A DNA stretch of 64,000 nt from NCBI GenBank assembly GCA_021735655.1, contig JAIPGM010000002.1, positions 256,001 to 320,000 on the forward strand, read 5' to 3'. The DNA is from Candidatus Omnitrophota bacterium. Its GTDB lineage: Bacteria > Omnitrophota > Gorgyraeia > Duberdicusellales > 4484-171. The position numbers were made by a program, and so were the translations under genes. Below the pieces are notes generated by a model that ran no database searches, was not told where the DNA came from, and worked only from the letters and a program-made list of their open reading frames with translations. Positions 17,488 to 28,559 of this stretch are shown in pieces (position 1 is the first letter of the stretch; each line of letters begins with the position of its first letter).

Positions 17488-18305
17488 TACTCTACCTCCC
17501 TTTTTCGCTCTTCTTGAGTATACTTACGTAATTTCTTTAAAGCTTCTTGCTCGATTTGTCTTACTCGTTCTCGAGATACATTTAAAACACTCGCCACCTC
17601 GGCTAAAGTATGCGGTCGACCATCAGTTATTCCAAAGCGTAGATCAAGCACCGACTTCTCACGGTCACCAATCGAAGTAAGTAGCTGCTTGACTCTTTCT
17701 TTAGTAAAAGCCATCTCAACGTTAGCTTCGGTGTCGGCATATTCGCTACTCTCGATAAAATCACTTAATTGTGATTCGCCTTCGCTTCCTACCGGGGCCT
17801 CAAGCGAGGATTTTTTCTGAGACCAAAGTTCAATCTCAGAAATTTTATCAACTTTCATCTTTAGCTTTTTAGAAAGCTCAAGTCTAGTTGGTTCGCGACC
17901 ATTTTTTTGACGTAACTGCTCGCAAGCTTTCTTATACTTTGATTGTAGCTCACTCATATATACCGGAATGCGAATAGTTTTACCTTGATCGATTAAAGAT
18001 CTCGTTACGGCTTGGCGTATCCACCAAGCAGCGTAAGTTGAAAAGCGGTAGCCTCTGCGAGTATCGAATTTGTCGATCGCCCGCATAAGACCAATATTTC
18101 CTTCAGCAATTAAATCCATCAAGGTGAGATTAAAGTGACTGTAGTGTTTAGAAATATTTACCACTAATTTTAAATTACAATTAATTACTTTACGACGAGC
18201 ATCTCGGCTGCCTTTTTTTGCCTTTTGAATTAAATCTATCTCTTCTTTTTTAGTAAGCAGCGGTAGATCTTTGATTCTTTCTAAATAGGCTTTAATTGCG
18301 TCCAT
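17487..18305 (-). CDS. RNA polymerase sigma factor, sigma-70 group 1/2 family (compact RpoD/RpoS-like, no region 1.1)
   Basis: Region 2 reads DLIAEGNIGLMRAIDKFDTRRGYRFSTYAAWWIRQAVTRSLIDQGKTIRIPVYM. Region 4 is an HTH (TLAEVASVLNVSRERVRQIEQEALKKLR). The protein is 272 aa. Confidence 0.85.
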   Translation of the reverse strand: MDAIKAYLERIKDLPLLTKKEEIDLIQKAKKGSRDARRKVINCNLKLVVNISKHYSHFNLTLMDLIAEGNIGLMRAIDKFDTRRGYRFSTYAAWWIRQAVTRSLIDQGKTIRIPVYMSELQSKYKKACEQLRQKNGREPTRLELSKKLKMKVDKISEIELWSQKKSSLEAPVGSEGESQLSDFIESSEYADTEANVEMAFTKERVKQLLTSIGDREKSVLDLRFGITDGRPHTLAEVASVLNVSRERVRQIEQEALKKLRKYTQEERKREVE

Positions 18306-18313
18306 AGTATTTT

Positions 18314-21034
18314 TTACTTTTTAGATTTAGTTTTCTTTTTTTGTCCGTTTTCCATTATTACTGCTTGAGCAGCAGCCAATTTGGCAATCGGCACTCGGTA
18401 AGGAGAGCAACTAACATAATTTAATCCGGCCTTGTGACAAAACTTAACTGACTCAGAATCTCCGCCATGCTCTCCACAAATACCACATTTGAGCTTCTCA
18501 TTGGTTGTTCGGCCTAAGCGTACTGCAGTTTTTACAAGTTGCCCGACACCTTCTTGATCAATTGTTTGAAAAGGATCATCAGGTAAAATTTTCTTTTCGA
18601 TGTATTCCGGAAGAAAAACTCCGGCATCATCGCGACTGTACCCGAAAGTCATCTGAGTAAGGTCATTTGTACCAAAAGAGAAAAATTCAGCTTTTTTGGC
18701 AACTCGGTCAGCAGTTAATGCTGCCCGAGGAATTTCAATCATTGTCCCAACCATATACTTTACCTTAGATTGCGATTTAGCAAGAACTTCCTCAGCAGTC
18801 TTACGAACGATTTCTTCTAAATATTCAAATTCATTAGTTGTTCCAATAAGTGGGATCATGATTTCCGGAAGAACTTTTACCCCTTTCTTGGCCATGTTAC
18901 AAGCAGCTTCGATAATCGCTGTTGTTTGCATAACACAAAGTTCAGGATAAGTAATTGATAACCGACAACCACGATGACCAAGCATCGGATTTAACTCGTG
19001 TAATTTTTTAACCAACTCATTTACTTTTGCTGGTGTAATATCCAAGCGTTTTGCCATTTCCTTTTGCCCGGCCTCATCATTAGGTAAAAATTCATGTAAT
19101 GGCGGATCAAGAAGTCGAATTGTTACCGGCAGACCATTCATCTCTTTAAAAATCCCTTCAAAGTCTTTTCTTTGAAAGGGAAGTAATTTCTTGAGTGCTG
19201 CCTCTCGGCCTTTCAAATCTTGAGCTAAAATAAACTCGCGCACAGCCCAAATTCTTTCTCCCTCAAAAAACATATGTTCGGTCCGGGTAAGCCCAATGCC
19301 TTCGGCGCCCAATTTCCGAGCTGCCGCTGAGTCTTTAGGGGTATCAGCATTGGTTCGAACATTAAGCTTTCGATATTGATCAGCCCAAGCCATTACCTGA
19401 ACAAACATTTTGTAAATCGGGCTCTTTTTAGCAATTGGATTGTTCTCAACAACTCCGGCGATTACTGGACTCACCGTAGCTGTTACATCTCCGAGCATAA
19501 CTTCTCCGGTTGATCCGTCCAAGGAAAGACAATCACCCTCGTTAATTATAATATTGCCAACTGATATTTGTTTTTTAGCGTAGTTAATATTTAAAGCGCT
19601 ACATCCAGCAATACAACATTTACCCCAACCTCTAGCAACTACAGCTGCATGGGAAGTCATTCCACCGGTTGAAGTCAATATTCCTTCGGCAGCATGCATT
19701 CCAGCCACATCTTCAGGAGAAGTTTCGTGACGGACAAGTATAACCTTTTTTCCTTTTTTCTTCCAAGCTTCGGCATCTTCAGCGGTAAATACGACTGATC
19801 CGGAAGCAGCCCCTGGTCCAGCCGGAAGGCCTTTAGCCACTCTTTGAGCTTTATTTTTAGCTGCGGGCTCAAAGATTGGAAAAAGAAGCTGATTGAGTTG
19901 GTCACCCTCAATCCGCATGATTGCTTCTTTCGGTGTAATCATTTTTTCTTGTACCATATCATAGGCAATCTTAACTGCCGCAAGCCCAGTACGCTTTCCA
20001 GTACGAGTCTGAAGCATAAATAGTCTGCCTTCCTGTATGGTGAATTCTACATCTTGTATATCTTTGTAGTGTTGTTCGAGTTTTTCCTTAATCGCATAAA
20101 GTTGTTTGTAAATTTTCGGCATTTCTGTTTTAAGGTCCTCTATCGGCTCAGGGGTTCTTATTCCAGCAACCACATCTTCACCTTGAGCATTAATAAGAAA
20201 CTCGCCAAAGAATTTCTTTTCTCCATTTGAAGGATTACGAGTAAAAGCCACTCCAGTTCCCGAAGTATTACCCATATTTCCAAAAACCATAGCTTGAACA
20301 TTAACTGCTGTTCCCAAGAGTCCGGTGATTTTATTTATTCTTCGATAAATTACGGCTCGCTCAATATTCCAGGAAGCAAATACGGCATTAACTGCCGCCA
20401 TTAATTGATCTTTTGCGTCAGTTGGAAATGCCTTCTTTACATGTTTTTTATACACATCTTTATACTCCGCAACCAACTCTTTAAGCTGTGCGGCGGTAAG
20501 ATCATTGTCCTGCTTTGCTTTATATTTTTTCTTAATCAAGGTTAGTTTTTCTTCAAAATGTTCATGGTCAACACCCATAACTACATTTCCAAACATATCA
20601 ATAAAACGTCGGTAAGCATCCCAAGCAAGACGTTCGTTACCAGTTTTCTTTGCTAGACCGATTACCGCAGCATCATTTAAGCCTAGATTAAGAACTGTAT
20701 CCATCATTCCCGGCATTGAAACCGCGGCACCGCTGCGTACTGAAACTAACAAAGGGTTATTAGAATCACCCAATTTTGCCTGCATGCTTTTTTCTAAATT
20801 GCTAATGTTAGCATCGATTTGTCTTTGCAAATCAGCTGGATATTTTTTTCCGTGTTTATTATAATAGTCGCAAACTTCAGTCGAAATCGTAAACCCCGGC
20901 GGCACCGGTACTCCGATGCTACACATTTCAGCCAAATTTGCACCTTTTCCACCAAGAATATTCTTCATTTTTGCATTACCATCAGATTTTTCCTTGCTGA
21001 AAAAATATACGTACTTTTTCTTCTTGTCAGCCAT
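18314..21034 (-). CDS. ppdK: Pyruvate, phosphate dikinase
   Basis: A 906-aa ORF with the N-terminal ATP-grasp [10 protein letters not shown], the central phospho-His domain ([18 protein letters not shown]) and the C-terminal PEP-utilising TIM barrel. Confidence 0.95.
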   Translation of the reverse strand: MADKKKKYVYFFSKEKSDGNAKMKNILGGKGANLAEMCSIGVPVPPGFTISTEVCDYYNKHGKKYPADLQRQIDANISNLEKSMQAKLGDSNNPLLVSVRSGAAVSMPGMMDTVLNLGLNDAAVIGLAKKTGNERLAWDAYRRFIDMFGNVVMGVDHEHFEEKLTLIKKKYKAKQDNDLTAAQLKELVAEYKDVYKKHVKKAFPTDAKDQLMAAVNAVFASWNIERAVIYRRINKITGLLGTAVNVQAMVFGNMGNTSGTGVAFTRNPSNGEKKFFGEFLINAQGEDVVAGIRTPEPIEDLKTEMPKIYKQLYAIKEKLEQHYKDIQDVEFTIQEGRLFMLQTRTGKRTGLAAVKIAYDMVQEKMITPKEAIMRIEGDQLNQLLFPIFEPAAKNKAQRVAKGLPAGPGAASGSVVFTAEDAEAWKKKGKKVILVRHETSPEDVAGMHAAEGILTSTGGMTSHAAVVARGWGKCCIAGCSALNINYAKKQISVGNIIINEGDCLSLDGSTGEVMLGDVTATVSPVIAGVVENNPIAKKSPIYKMFVQVMAWADQYRKLNVRTNADTPKDSAAARKLGAEGIGLTRTEHMFFEGERIWAVREFILAQDLKGREAALKKLLPFQRKDFEGIFKEMNGLPVTIRLLDPPLHEFLPNDEAGQKEMAKRLDITPAKVNELVKKLHELNPMLGHRGCRLSITYPELCVMQTTAIIEAACNMAKKGVKVLPEIMIPLIGTTNEFEYLEEIVRKTAEEVLAKSQSKVKYMVGTMIEIPRAALTADRVAKKAEFFSFGTNDLTQMTFGYSRDDAGVFLPEYIEKKILPDDPFQTIDQEGVGQLVKTAVRLGRTTNEKLKCGICGEHGGDSESVKFCHKAGLNYVSCSPYRVPIAKLAAAQAVIMENGQKKKTKSKK

Positions 21035-21060
21035 TTTTAGCCTCTCCTTATTTTGCTGCT

Positions 21061-22392
21061 TTAACCTATTTTTGAAGTAATAAATCCAAGCAATTTATCA
21101 ATTGAAAGTCTTTCCTGCTTCATGGTGTCGCGATCTCGAACTGTAACACACTTATCAGTTAGACTATCAACGTCAACGGTTATACAAAACGGTGTACCAA
21201 TCTCATCCTGCCTCCGGTAAAGTTTCCCGATCGCGCCGGTATCATCGTAGGTAGCAGGAACCTTATCTTTTATATCATAAAAAATATTTTTTGCAAGTTC
21301 AACTAGCTCGGCTTTATTCTTCAATAAAGGAAATATCGCCGCTGCATATGGGGAAAGCTTCGGCTTTATCTTTAGAACCGTTCTAAGCTTACCTTTCACC
21401 TCTTCTTCATGGTAAGCATCGGAAATTATGGCGAAAAAGGTCCGATCCACTCCAGCTGAAGGCTCAATCACAAAAGGAACTACCTTTTCTTTACTTAGTG
21501 GATCAAAAAAAGACAGTTCTTTTTTACTTACCCGAGCATGTTCAGATAAATCAAAATCACCCCGGTTAGCTATACCTTCCAATTCGCTCCAACCAAAGGG
21601 AAAATTAAACTCAATATCGGTGCAAGCTTTAGCATAGTGAGCCAACTCATCCTTTGCGTGCTCACGTAACCTTAAACTATCTTTTCTTAAGCCAATTTTA
21701 TCAGTATAAAAACTCAAGCGATCGCTTACCCAATTTTTATATGAATTATTAGCATCCTTGGGATAAACGAAATACTCTATTTCCATTTGTTCGAATTCTT
21801 TCATTCGAAAAATAAAACTACCGGTTGTAACCTCGTTACGAAAAGCCTTTCCGATTTGGGCAATACCTAAAGGGAGCTTTTTATGGGTAGTGTTTAAAAC
21901 GTTAGCAAAGTTAACAAATATTCCTTGAGCAGTTTCCGGACGAAGATAGCCATAGTAAGGATCGTCTTCGGTTGCGCTCATATTTGTTTTAAACATAAGA
22001 TTAAAACTACGCGGTTTATTTTTAGTAGTATCTATCTTTTCGCTGCATTCAGGACAAATATACAGATCCTCTTTACTCTTCTCCATTTTATCAATTCGGA
22101 AGCGTTTTTTACAACCTGGGCAATCGACCAAAGAATCAGTAAAACCTTCAAGATGGCCAGAGGCCCTAAACACATCCTCATGCATAATAATGCTGGAATC
22201 GAGACCAACAATATCTTCGCGGGAGTCAACATAGGTTTTCCACCAAATGTCTTTTATCTTTTTTTTAAGACGAGCTCCCAATGGTCCATAGTCCCAAACA
22301 CTGGAAAGCCCTCCATAGAGCTCAGAACCGCCAAAGATAAAGCCCCGGCGCTTACATAAAGAAACTATCTTAGATAAACGATCTTCAGCCAT
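21061..22392 (-). CDS. glyQS: Glycine--tRNA ligase (dimeric alpha2 type)
   Basis: A 443-aa ORF with class II aaRS motifs, a zinc-ribbon-like insertion (CPGC...CPEC) and a C-terminal anticodon-binding domain. Confidence 0.9.
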   Translation of the reverse strand: MAEDRLSKIVSLCKRRGFIFGGSELYGGLSSVWDYGPLGARLKKKIKDIWWKTYVDSREDIVGLDSSIIMHEDVFRASGHLEGFTDSLVDCPGCKKRFRIDKMEKSKEDLYICPECSEKIDTTKNKPRSFNLMFKTNMSATEDDPYYGYLRPETAQGIFVNFANVLNTTHKKLPLGIAQIGKAFRNEVTTGSFIFRMKEFEQMEIEYFVYPKDANNSYKNWVSDRLSFYTDKIGLRKDSLRLREHAKDELAHYAKACTDIEFNFPFGWSELEGIANRGDFDLSEHARVSKKELSFFDPLSKEKVVPFVIEPSAGVDRTFFAIISDAYHEEEVKGKLRTVLKIKPKLSPYAAAIFPLLKNKAELVELAKNIFYDIKDKVPATYDDTGAIGKLYRRQDEIGTPFCITVDVDSLTDKCVTVRDRDTMKQERLSIDKLLGFITSKIG

Positions 22393-22460
22393 AAGGGTAC
22401 AATTATACCTTAAAAATTGATTTTTTTAAGCATTATTTTGAAGTTCTAAAAGATGGGTTT

Positions 22461-23000
22461 TTACTTCTGCTTCCAGATATATTGGCCATTTTCCGGAACC
22501 TGAAACCACCAACCACTAGAGGCTCGATCGTAATCATCTTCCAAGAACACCTTTCTTGTCTCGGAAATGCTAACCGAATTTCTGGTAGCGGTGTAGGTAT
22601 ATACAGCCTCACGGTCGAAATTCTCCTGAGCGATTAACTCAGCTGCATCAGCCGGAGCGCCCTTGCGTGTCTCAAGCAAAGCGTTCTGATTTTCGCCAAT
22701 AAATCCTTGATTAAAATAGCTCTCAACCTTTTGAGCCCTAGCTCTTCTTCTATCAATAATTGCCTGAATGTCGGCCGATAAATCAGAAGCATAGGCTTCA
22801 GCAAAGTTAAAAAGAGCATTAAATTTCTTTTCTTTATTACCATAAATCTGATCGTTGATTGATTCAGCATCTTTAGCAACATGTTGATAAACATCAATTC
22901 GCATATTTATGTCGACTTTAATCGGATTTTTAGTCTCAACGCTTACCTTAGCGCAACCGAACACAACTAAAGCTAACAAAATTAAACCAAGTTTCCTCAT
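22461..23000 (-). CDS. Lipoprotein, DUF1318/YdbL-like (tentative)
   Basis: A lipobox (LVVFGCA) and the motif QGFIGENQNALLETR, which is reminiscent of YdbL. Weak call. Confidence 0.35.
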   Translation of the reverse strand: MRKLGLILLALVVFGCAKVSVETKNPIKVDINMRIDVYQHVAKDAESINDQIYGNKEKKFNALFNFAEAYASDLSADIQAIIDRRRARAQKVESYFNQGFIGENQNALLETRKGAPADAAELIAQENFDREAVYTYTATRNSVSISETRKVFLEDDYDRASSGWWFQVPENGQYIWKQK

Positions 23001-23764
23001 TGAACACCTCCACCTTTTAATTCCTTCAATTTAGAACTTATATTTTTTATCCTCTGATCACTGTTTGGATGTGAACTTAGATAAAAAGGTGGCCTGGCCA
23101 TCCCTTTATTTGCCTCCTTAAGCTTTTCGAATAAACTAATCGCTGCCCTAGGATCATACCCAGCATCTGAAACATAGTTAAAAGCTAAATTGTCAGCTTG
23201 TAACTCATCGCTTCTAGAATAGCCTTTTGCCACAAGACCAAACAACTGATTAACTAACTGTTTTGCTTGAGCCTGATCAGGACTCCTTAAAAGGGTAGTC
23301 GCCAAGATGCTAAAGCCCAAAGTTGCCCCTAGTTTTTTCAAACTGTGTCGAGCAGAAATATGACCAATTTCATGAGCTAAAACAAAAGCTAACTCTGAGT
23401 CATCAACCGTATCTAATAAACCTTTATATATAAAGACATGCCCTCCGGGAATAGCCAAAGCATTCATTTGATCCTGATCAATGATATAAAACTTATAGTT
23501 AAGGTTGCTGCGATGACTCACCTTTGCTAAAGACACACCGATATCTTTAATATAATTGATTCGCTTCTGATCATCAAGAAGTTTATTTTCTTTAATAAAT
23601 TCATTAGCCATGGCGTCGCCCCAGGAAATCTCTCCTTTTTCATCAAAAAGATACCATTCCTTTTTACCGGTTACCGGATTATAAACTGAGACACATCCAG
23701 TTGAGAAAATAATAAAAGTTAAAAAACCAAACCAACTAATCTTAATCCAAAATTTGTATCTCAT
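22997..23764 (-). CDS. M48 family periplasmic/lipoprotein metalloprotease (LoiP/BepA-like)
   Basis: A signal + Cys lipobox (FSTGC) and an HEXXH motif (VLAHEIGHISARH). The protein is 255 aa. Confidence 0.7.
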   Translation of the reverse strand: MRYKFWIKISWFGFLTFIIFSTGCVSVYNPVTGKKEWYLFDEKGEISWGDAMANEFIKENKLLDDQKRINYIKDIGVSLAKVSHRSNLNYKFYIIDQDQMNALAIPGGHVFIYKGLLDTVDDSELAFVLAHEIGHISARHSLKKLGATLGFSILATTLLRSPDQAQAKQLVNQLFGLVAKGYSRSDELQADNLAFNYVSDAGYDPRAAISLFEKLKEANKGMARPPFYLSSHPNSDQRIKNISSKLKELKGGGVQ

Positions 23765-24503
23765 AAGGGGTATTCACAATAATTTCCGGACCATTATACT
23801 CTCTAATTCGGCCGGAAACTTCAACTATTTTATTTCGATAAAAAGTTATAGGATCTATCTTCTGTTGAGTAAACGCACTAAAAGCGTTGTTAAAAATAAC
23901 TACAGTGAAATCATGCTTATAGTCACCGCCGAAATTTAAGAATAGACACTTAGACGATTTGTAGGTACTGAGAACTCTTCCCCGAACAGTCCTTATTTGA
24001 CCAATATATTTATAAGCCTGTTCCTGGTCTATAACTTCGTAGCTTTCCCAAAGCCCTTGTTTTTTTGCCCGGGCTTGCTTTTGTAAGCTAACAAATTTAT
24101 CGACATATTTTACATTAGGTGGATAGGTGTAAAGCACCGCCAACCCTTCTTGAATCAATTTAGCATTAACGAAAGTATCTCCGATAAAGCAATAGCCTAG
24201 TAGTCGACCGTACTTATCCTGTTTTTCTAAATCAAACTCTATTCTTACAGCCTTTCCCTCTACTAATTTTCGGTTATATTCTGTAGCTTCTAACGAAAAA
24301 GGTTGAGGATCGTAGATAAATTTTCCATCTTTTTTGCTTCGTACTTCAGGAGTATCAAGTCCGATATAACGCAAAAGTTTCCCGTTAGAAAGCTTGATCG
24401 TATCACCATCAATAACTTTTGAAACAAAGATTTGTGAATAATCCGTAGGAATTCCCGTGCAGGCAATTAAAAAAAGGGCTAAAAAAAGAAGTTTTTTCTT
24501 CAC
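23742..24503 (-). CDS. Thermonuclease (SNase-like) family protein with a C-terminal extra domain
   Basis: A signal peptide followed by the SNase core (VIDGDTIKL...RYIGLDTPE...YGRLLGY...). Confidence 0.75.
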   Translation of the reverse strand: MKKKLLFLALFLIACTGIPTDYSQIFVSKVIDGDTIKLSNGKLLRYIGLDTPEVRSKKDGKFIYDPQPFSLEATEYNRKLVEGKAVRIEFDLEKQDKYGRLLGYCFIGDTFVNAKLIQEGLAVLYTYPPNVKYVDKFVSLQKQARAKKQGLWESYEVIDQEQAYKYIGQIRTVRGRVLSTYKSSKCLFLNFGGDYKHDFTVVIFNNAFSAFTQQKIDPITFYRNKIVEVSGRIREYNGPEIIVNTPYEIQILD

Positions 24504-24871
24504 TATAAGTCTTCAACAATCTTAAAAAAGACTTTTTGTGCAAGCTGTGGCTTAGGAAGGAAATTTCTTCGAGCAGAAACCTTTAAGCGTTGACTCTCAG
24601 GAGTAAGCGTATTTATCTTTATCACTACGCTGTGATCAGAAACTTTAGCCTTAATCATCCCCTTAGATTCATTAACAACTAATATTTCTGCCTCCATCAC
24701 CTCTAGGGTATCTAAACAAATATCCCAAAGTATCCGGTATTCACTTTTTACAGTACCATTGGCTGAATCATTGCTTATGCCATAACCGGTAACTACTCCG
24801 GCAGCAATCAAGGCCGGTACGCATCCGGCTAACAACAATATACCCACCATTAGGGAAATTATATTTTTCAT
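24503..24871 (-). CDS. Hypothetical lipoprotein
   Basis: A 122-aa ORF with a signal peptide and Cys lipobox (LLAGC). Confidence 0.4.
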   Translation of the reverse strand: MKNIISLMVGILLLAGCVPALIAAGVVTGYGISNDSANGTVKSEYRILWDICLDTLEVMEAEILVVNESKGMIKAKVSDHSVVIKINTLTPESQRLKVSARRNFLPKPQLAQKVFFKIVEDL

Positions 24872-24944
24872 AATTTATTCTCTTTCGTATTTACTATACC
24901 AAATATTTTTTTCTTTTGCAAGCTATAATCATAAAATATCTCAC

Positions 24945-25580
24945 TCATTCGATGATGACCTTTAAATGCTTAAGGCTTTTAATAAGTTGCTGATGATTTT
25001 CAAATTGAATACAGTTAAGTCCAAGTTTGCTTGCCTCAATTATTAAATCCTGACGATCGTCAATATAGATTATGTCTGAAAACCGGGCCCCAGAGATATT
25101 GCTTAAAGTCTGATAGATCTTAAGTTCTGGTTTAACTGATTTAACTTCATAAGACAAAATCAACCGATCAAAAAGAGAAAATACCTGTTTGTATTCTTGG
25201 TAAAGATATTCAAAATGAAGCTGATTAATATTAGAAATTAGATATAAAGGATATTGACCTTTAAGTAACTTAACTAATTCAATAGTCTCAGTAATCGGTG
25301 AAAATATTTTACACCAAACATCAACAAATTCAGAATAAGAAAAATTAATACCGAATTCATCACAAAAGTTCTTATGGAACTGCTCGCCGGAAACTAGACC
25401 TTTTTCAAAAGGAATAGTAAAGTTTTTATCATAAAGCGAATAAATAACCTCTGAAATAGACAACTTCATCCTGTCTTTAATCTTATTCAGAGCTAAAGTA
25501 TAGTCAAACTTAAAAAGAACATTGCCGAGGTCAAAAGCTAAAATTTTACTTTTATTTTCCATAGTACAGTTTTTCAGCAC
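24945..25580 (-). CDS. HAD-superfamily hydrolase (tentative)
   Basis: An N-terminal FDLGNVLF (motif I-like) and a C-terminal YIDDRQD (motif IV-like). Confidence 0.45.
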   Translation of the reverse strand: MLKNCTMENKSKILAFDLGNVLFKFDYTLALNKIKDRMKLSISEVIYSLYDKNFTIPFEKGLVSGEQFHKNFCDEFGINFSYSEFVDVWCKIFSPITETIELVKLLKGQYPLYLISNINQLHFEYLYQEYKQVFSLFDRLILSYEVKSVKPELKIYQTLSNISGARFSDIIYIDDRQDLIIEASKLGLNCIQFENHQQLIKSLKHLKVIIE

Positions 25581-26484
25581 TGATAATAAGACTTTTTTTG
25601 GCCTCGAAATGAGGCTTAAATCCTAAAGATTCTATCCTTTTTAAGCTGTATATTCGATCTTTCAAAAAAAAGCTAATTTTTTTACCTATACCTGGTAAAT
25701 TAAGCAATAAAAGTTCGGTTAATTTAAAAAGCCTGCCCGGAGGTTTTGCGCCTATCCCCTTTGCCAAGGCTTTGAAGATATCTTTAACCCTTAGGGCTTC
25801 TTTATCGGCAACAAAAAAAGAACCTTTTAAGAATTCATCACTCTCTAAGCAAAACAGCATCGCCGAAACAACATTTTCAACATAAGCAAGATGAAGTATA
25901 TTTTCTCCTTGATTAATTAAAGGCAGAAGCCTTGCCTTAAGCAACTTGAGTAGAAATTTTAAAGCATGGGGCTCATCCTCGCCATAAACTATTGGCGGTC
26001 GGAGTATGGTTATGGCTAAGCCTTTATTTCGAAATTCCAAAGCAACTTTTTCAGCCTCAATTTTAGACTCACCATAAGCATTAGTAGCTGCGAAAGGTAA
26101 ATCTTCCCTCAAGGGAAGTTCAGTATTTCCGCTAATAACGGCAACCGAGCTCAAGTATACCAACCTCGACACTCGATGCTCTAGGCAAATATCACAAACA
26201 TTCCTTGTGCCTTGAACATTAACCTGGTGCAGTTTTTTAATATTTTTATTCTCAACATAGGCTGCACAATGAAAAGCAAGGTCAATCTTATACCCTTTAA
26301 GCTTAGCTAACGACTTTTTATCGGTGATATCGCCATAAATAAGCTGAGCCCCTAACCCTTCAAGTAATTTTGCTTTTTTCGGATTACGAACAAAACAAAA
26401 AACATCATATTTTTTATGATGTAGCAACTCACGTACTAGATGTCGCCCGATAAATCCAGTTGCCCCAGTAACTAATACATTCAT
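25552..26484 (-). CDS. NAD-dependent epimerase/dehydratase (extended SDR)
   Basis: A Rossmann-fold VLVTGATGFIGRHL and a YxxxK-type catalytic region. The protein is 310 aa. Confidence 0.8.
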   Translation of the reverse strand: MNVLVTGATGFIGRHLVRELLHHKKYDVFCFVRNPKKAKLLEGLGAQLIYGDITDKKSLAKLKGYKIDLAFHCAAYVENKNIKKLHQVNVQGTRNVCDICLEHRVSRLVYLSSVAVISGNTELPLREDLPFAATNAYGESKIEAEKVALEFRNKGLAITILRPPIVYGEDEPHALKFLLKLLKARLLPLINQGENILHLAYVENVVSAMLFCLESDEFLKGSFFVADKEALRVKDIFKALAKGIGAKPPGRLFKLTELLLLNLPGIGKKISFFLKDRIYSLKRIESLGFKPHFEAKKSLIISAEKLYYGK

Positions 26485-27449
26485 AGCCCCTCTATTTCTC
26501 CTTGACGTTGGGTAAGAATTTTATTTATTTTCTGCATATCAACTTCAGATATTGTCCAACCTAAGCCACCTAAGTTATCTTTAACTTGTTCTAAGTTCCG
26601 CATACCAACGATAGTTGAAGTAACCCCCTTCTGGCTAAAATTCCAATTTATCGCTAGTTGAGTTAATGTCTTTTTGTAATTAACGGCAATGGTTTTTAAC
26701 TGACTAAGTGCTTCTTTATTTATCGAAAAAAGCGGTTCTCGCAAATGTCTTTTTTTCATTTTTCTATTAGTATCATTAGGAATTGAAACCTTATCGAAAA
26801 AAAACTTACCAGTTAATAAACCACTATAAAGCGGTGCGTAAGCTATTACCGCTATATTATTTTTTAGACAAAATGGAATGATCTCCTCTTCGATACCACG
26901 ATTAAACATGCTGTATTCGGGTTGTAAACAATGTAGTGGTGCATATTTCATAAATTCGCGCATTTGAGCAACTGAATGATTACTTACACCAATGGATTTG
27001 ATAATTCTCCGTTGATATAATTCATAGATCACCTCGGCGGTTTCGCCAATCGGTATATTAGAATCAGGCCAATGGACTTGGTAAAGATCAAAATAATCAG
27101 TTTCAAGACGTTTACGTGATATATCTACCTCTTCTAAAATCCTTTTTTTACTAAGATTATGTAAAATCTTTGGCCCTTCCCAGGAAAGACCGACTTTAGT
27201 AGCCAAAACTACCCTTTCACGAAGTTTCCTTTTTCTAATAAAAGCTCCGATGATCCTTTCTGAACGACCCTTACCATATATCGGCGCAGTATCAATAAGC
27301 GTAATGCCACTAGAAATAGCTTTATCTAAAACCGCTACTGAGTTAGCATCTTCCTGAGGCCCCCACCAACTATCGCCGCCAAAAGACCAAGTGCCTAAAG
27401 ATATTGGTAAAATAGCTTGATCCAATCCTTTTATTTTTCGATAATCCAT
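26481..27449 (-). CDS. Aldo/keto reductase
   Basis: AKR signatures LIDTAPIYGKGRSERIIG and IGVSNHS. Confidence 0.85.
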   Translation of the reverse strand: MDYRKIKGLDQAILPISLGTWSFGGDSWWGPQEDANSVAVLDKAISSGITLIDTAPIYGKGRSERIIGAFIRKRKLRERVVLATKVGLSWEGPKILHNLSKKRILEEVDISRKRLETDYFDLYQVHWPDSNIPIGETAEVIYELYQRRIIKSIGVSNHSVAQMREFMKYAPLHCLQPEYSMFNRGIEEEIIPFCLKNNIAVIAYAPLYSGLLTGKFFFDKVSIPNDTNRKMKKRHLREPLFSINKEALSQLKTIAVNYKKTLTQLAINWNFSQKGVTSTIVGMRNLEQVKDNLGGLGWTISEVDMQKINKILTQRQGEIEGL

Positions 27450-27463
27450 ATTTATTTTTTAAT

Positions 27464-28384
27464 TTAAATTTTTATCTTAATGCCGTCGGCAATAACTGTT
27501 GGTTTTAAAAAAACAAAATCCAAATGAGACGGGCAACTTACACGGCCACCAAAAGATTTATTATTGCCAAAGGCAATGTGAGCAGTGCCCAAACTCTTCT
27601 CATCTTCAAGAATGCTTCCAGTTACCTTCGCCTTAGGATTAAGACCAATGCCCAATTCAGCGACGTTAAGAATCTTTCTACCGTATAAATGCACTAAAGG
27701 CCTCATCTTTGCTATCGGAACATTCTCAGCATAACCATTTTTTATTTTTATTTTAAGCGACTTTTTTAATTTACCAAGAAATGGAGCACTGCCATCAATA
27801 ACTAACTGCCCATTAGCAGTTCCCTCTAGAGGACTAATACAAGCCTCACCGGCCGGTAAATTTCCGAAAGCACCGGATTTTATATATAAGCCGTTATCAC
27901 TAAAACCGCGCCGACCCTTAACTGACATTGTTAAATGAGTTCCGGCTTCAGTGTAGACTTCAATCTTTTTTGCTTTAGTCAAAGAATTGGCTAACTTTGT
28001 TGTTTTTTTTGCCAAATTTGAATAATTAAGACAAATAGCGCGATTAAGCATCGCCAGAGTTACCCCCGGAAGACTCCCAATGCGCGTCCCATACTTTTTA
28101 GAAGCAATTTTACGAGCCTTAGTGTGAGAAAGGGACATCGAAGTAAATAACAATGCGGCATCGGCTTTCTTTAAGGCTTCAGCGACCACAGCCGGAGGTT
28201 CTTGGCCGTGCATTTGGCGAGGTTTAATCAAAAAACAACTGCTTTCTATCCCTTGTGACTGCGCTAAACGATAGAACTCATAAGCAAGTTTACAAAGCTT
28301 ATCATCACACACAATCAAAAGCTCTTCTGATTTTCTCAAACCAAGACATTTTCTCGTTATGGTTTTGACGATTTGCTTTTTCAC
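27464..28384 (-). CDS. M29-family aminopeptidase (aminopeptidase T/AmpS-like), start uncertain
   Basis: Conserved M29-like blocks (GQEPP, HIAFGNN...GGRVSCPSHLDFVF). The ORF-track start at 28462 would overlap a well-formed small ORF in another frame, so the start is probably the GTG at 28384 or an internal codon. Confidence 0.45.
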   Translation of the reverse strand: MKKQIVKTITRKCLGLRKSEELLIVCDDKLCKLAYEFYRLAQSQGIESSCFLIKPRQMHGQEPPAVVAEALKKADAALLFTSMSLSHTKARKIASKKYGTRIGSLPGVTLAMLNRAICLNYSNLAKKTTKLANSLTKAKKIEVYTEAGTHLTMSVKGRRGFSDNGLYIKSGAFGNLPAGEACISPLEGTANGQLVIDGSAPFLGKLKKSLKIKIKNGYAENVPIAKMRPLVHLYGRKILNVAELGIGLNPKAKVTGSILEDEKSLGTAHIAFGNNKSFGGRVSCPSHLDFVFLKPTVIADGIKIKI

Positions 28385-28395
28385 TAAATTTAGTG

Positions 28396-28518
28396 TTAGT
28401 CGAAGGCTTGAGAAATGCCGTAGGCTGCAGCAGCTGAGATGCCGGCTCCGATAAGAGCGCAACCCTGCATAAGCGGTAATAATACTAAAATTGAAATGAT
28501 AACAATTCTTTTAATCAT
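28396..28518 (-). CDS. Small (40 aa) secreted/lipoprotein-like glycine-zipper peptide (entericidin-like)
   Basis: Manual translation gives MIKRIVIISILVLLPLMQGCALIGAGISAAAAYGISQAFD*, preceded by the SD GGAGGAAAAGAGG and a TGaTATAAT extended -10. It has a signal-like N-terminus, a Cys and a GxxxGxxxA glycine zipper. It is not in the ORF track. Confidence 0.4.
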   Translation of the reverse strand: MIKRIVIISILVLLPLMQGCALIGAGISAAAAYGISQAFD

Positions 28519-28559
28519 CCTCTTTTCCTCCTTTAAATAATTATATCACAAGATATGCT

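Noticed and set aside
27464-28462. ORF-track N-terminus of the M29 aminopeptidase (26 extra residues rich in Arg/Ser/Cys)
   Set aside because: It overlaps a better-supported small ORF with its own SD in another frame. The composition is atypical of the family N-terminus.
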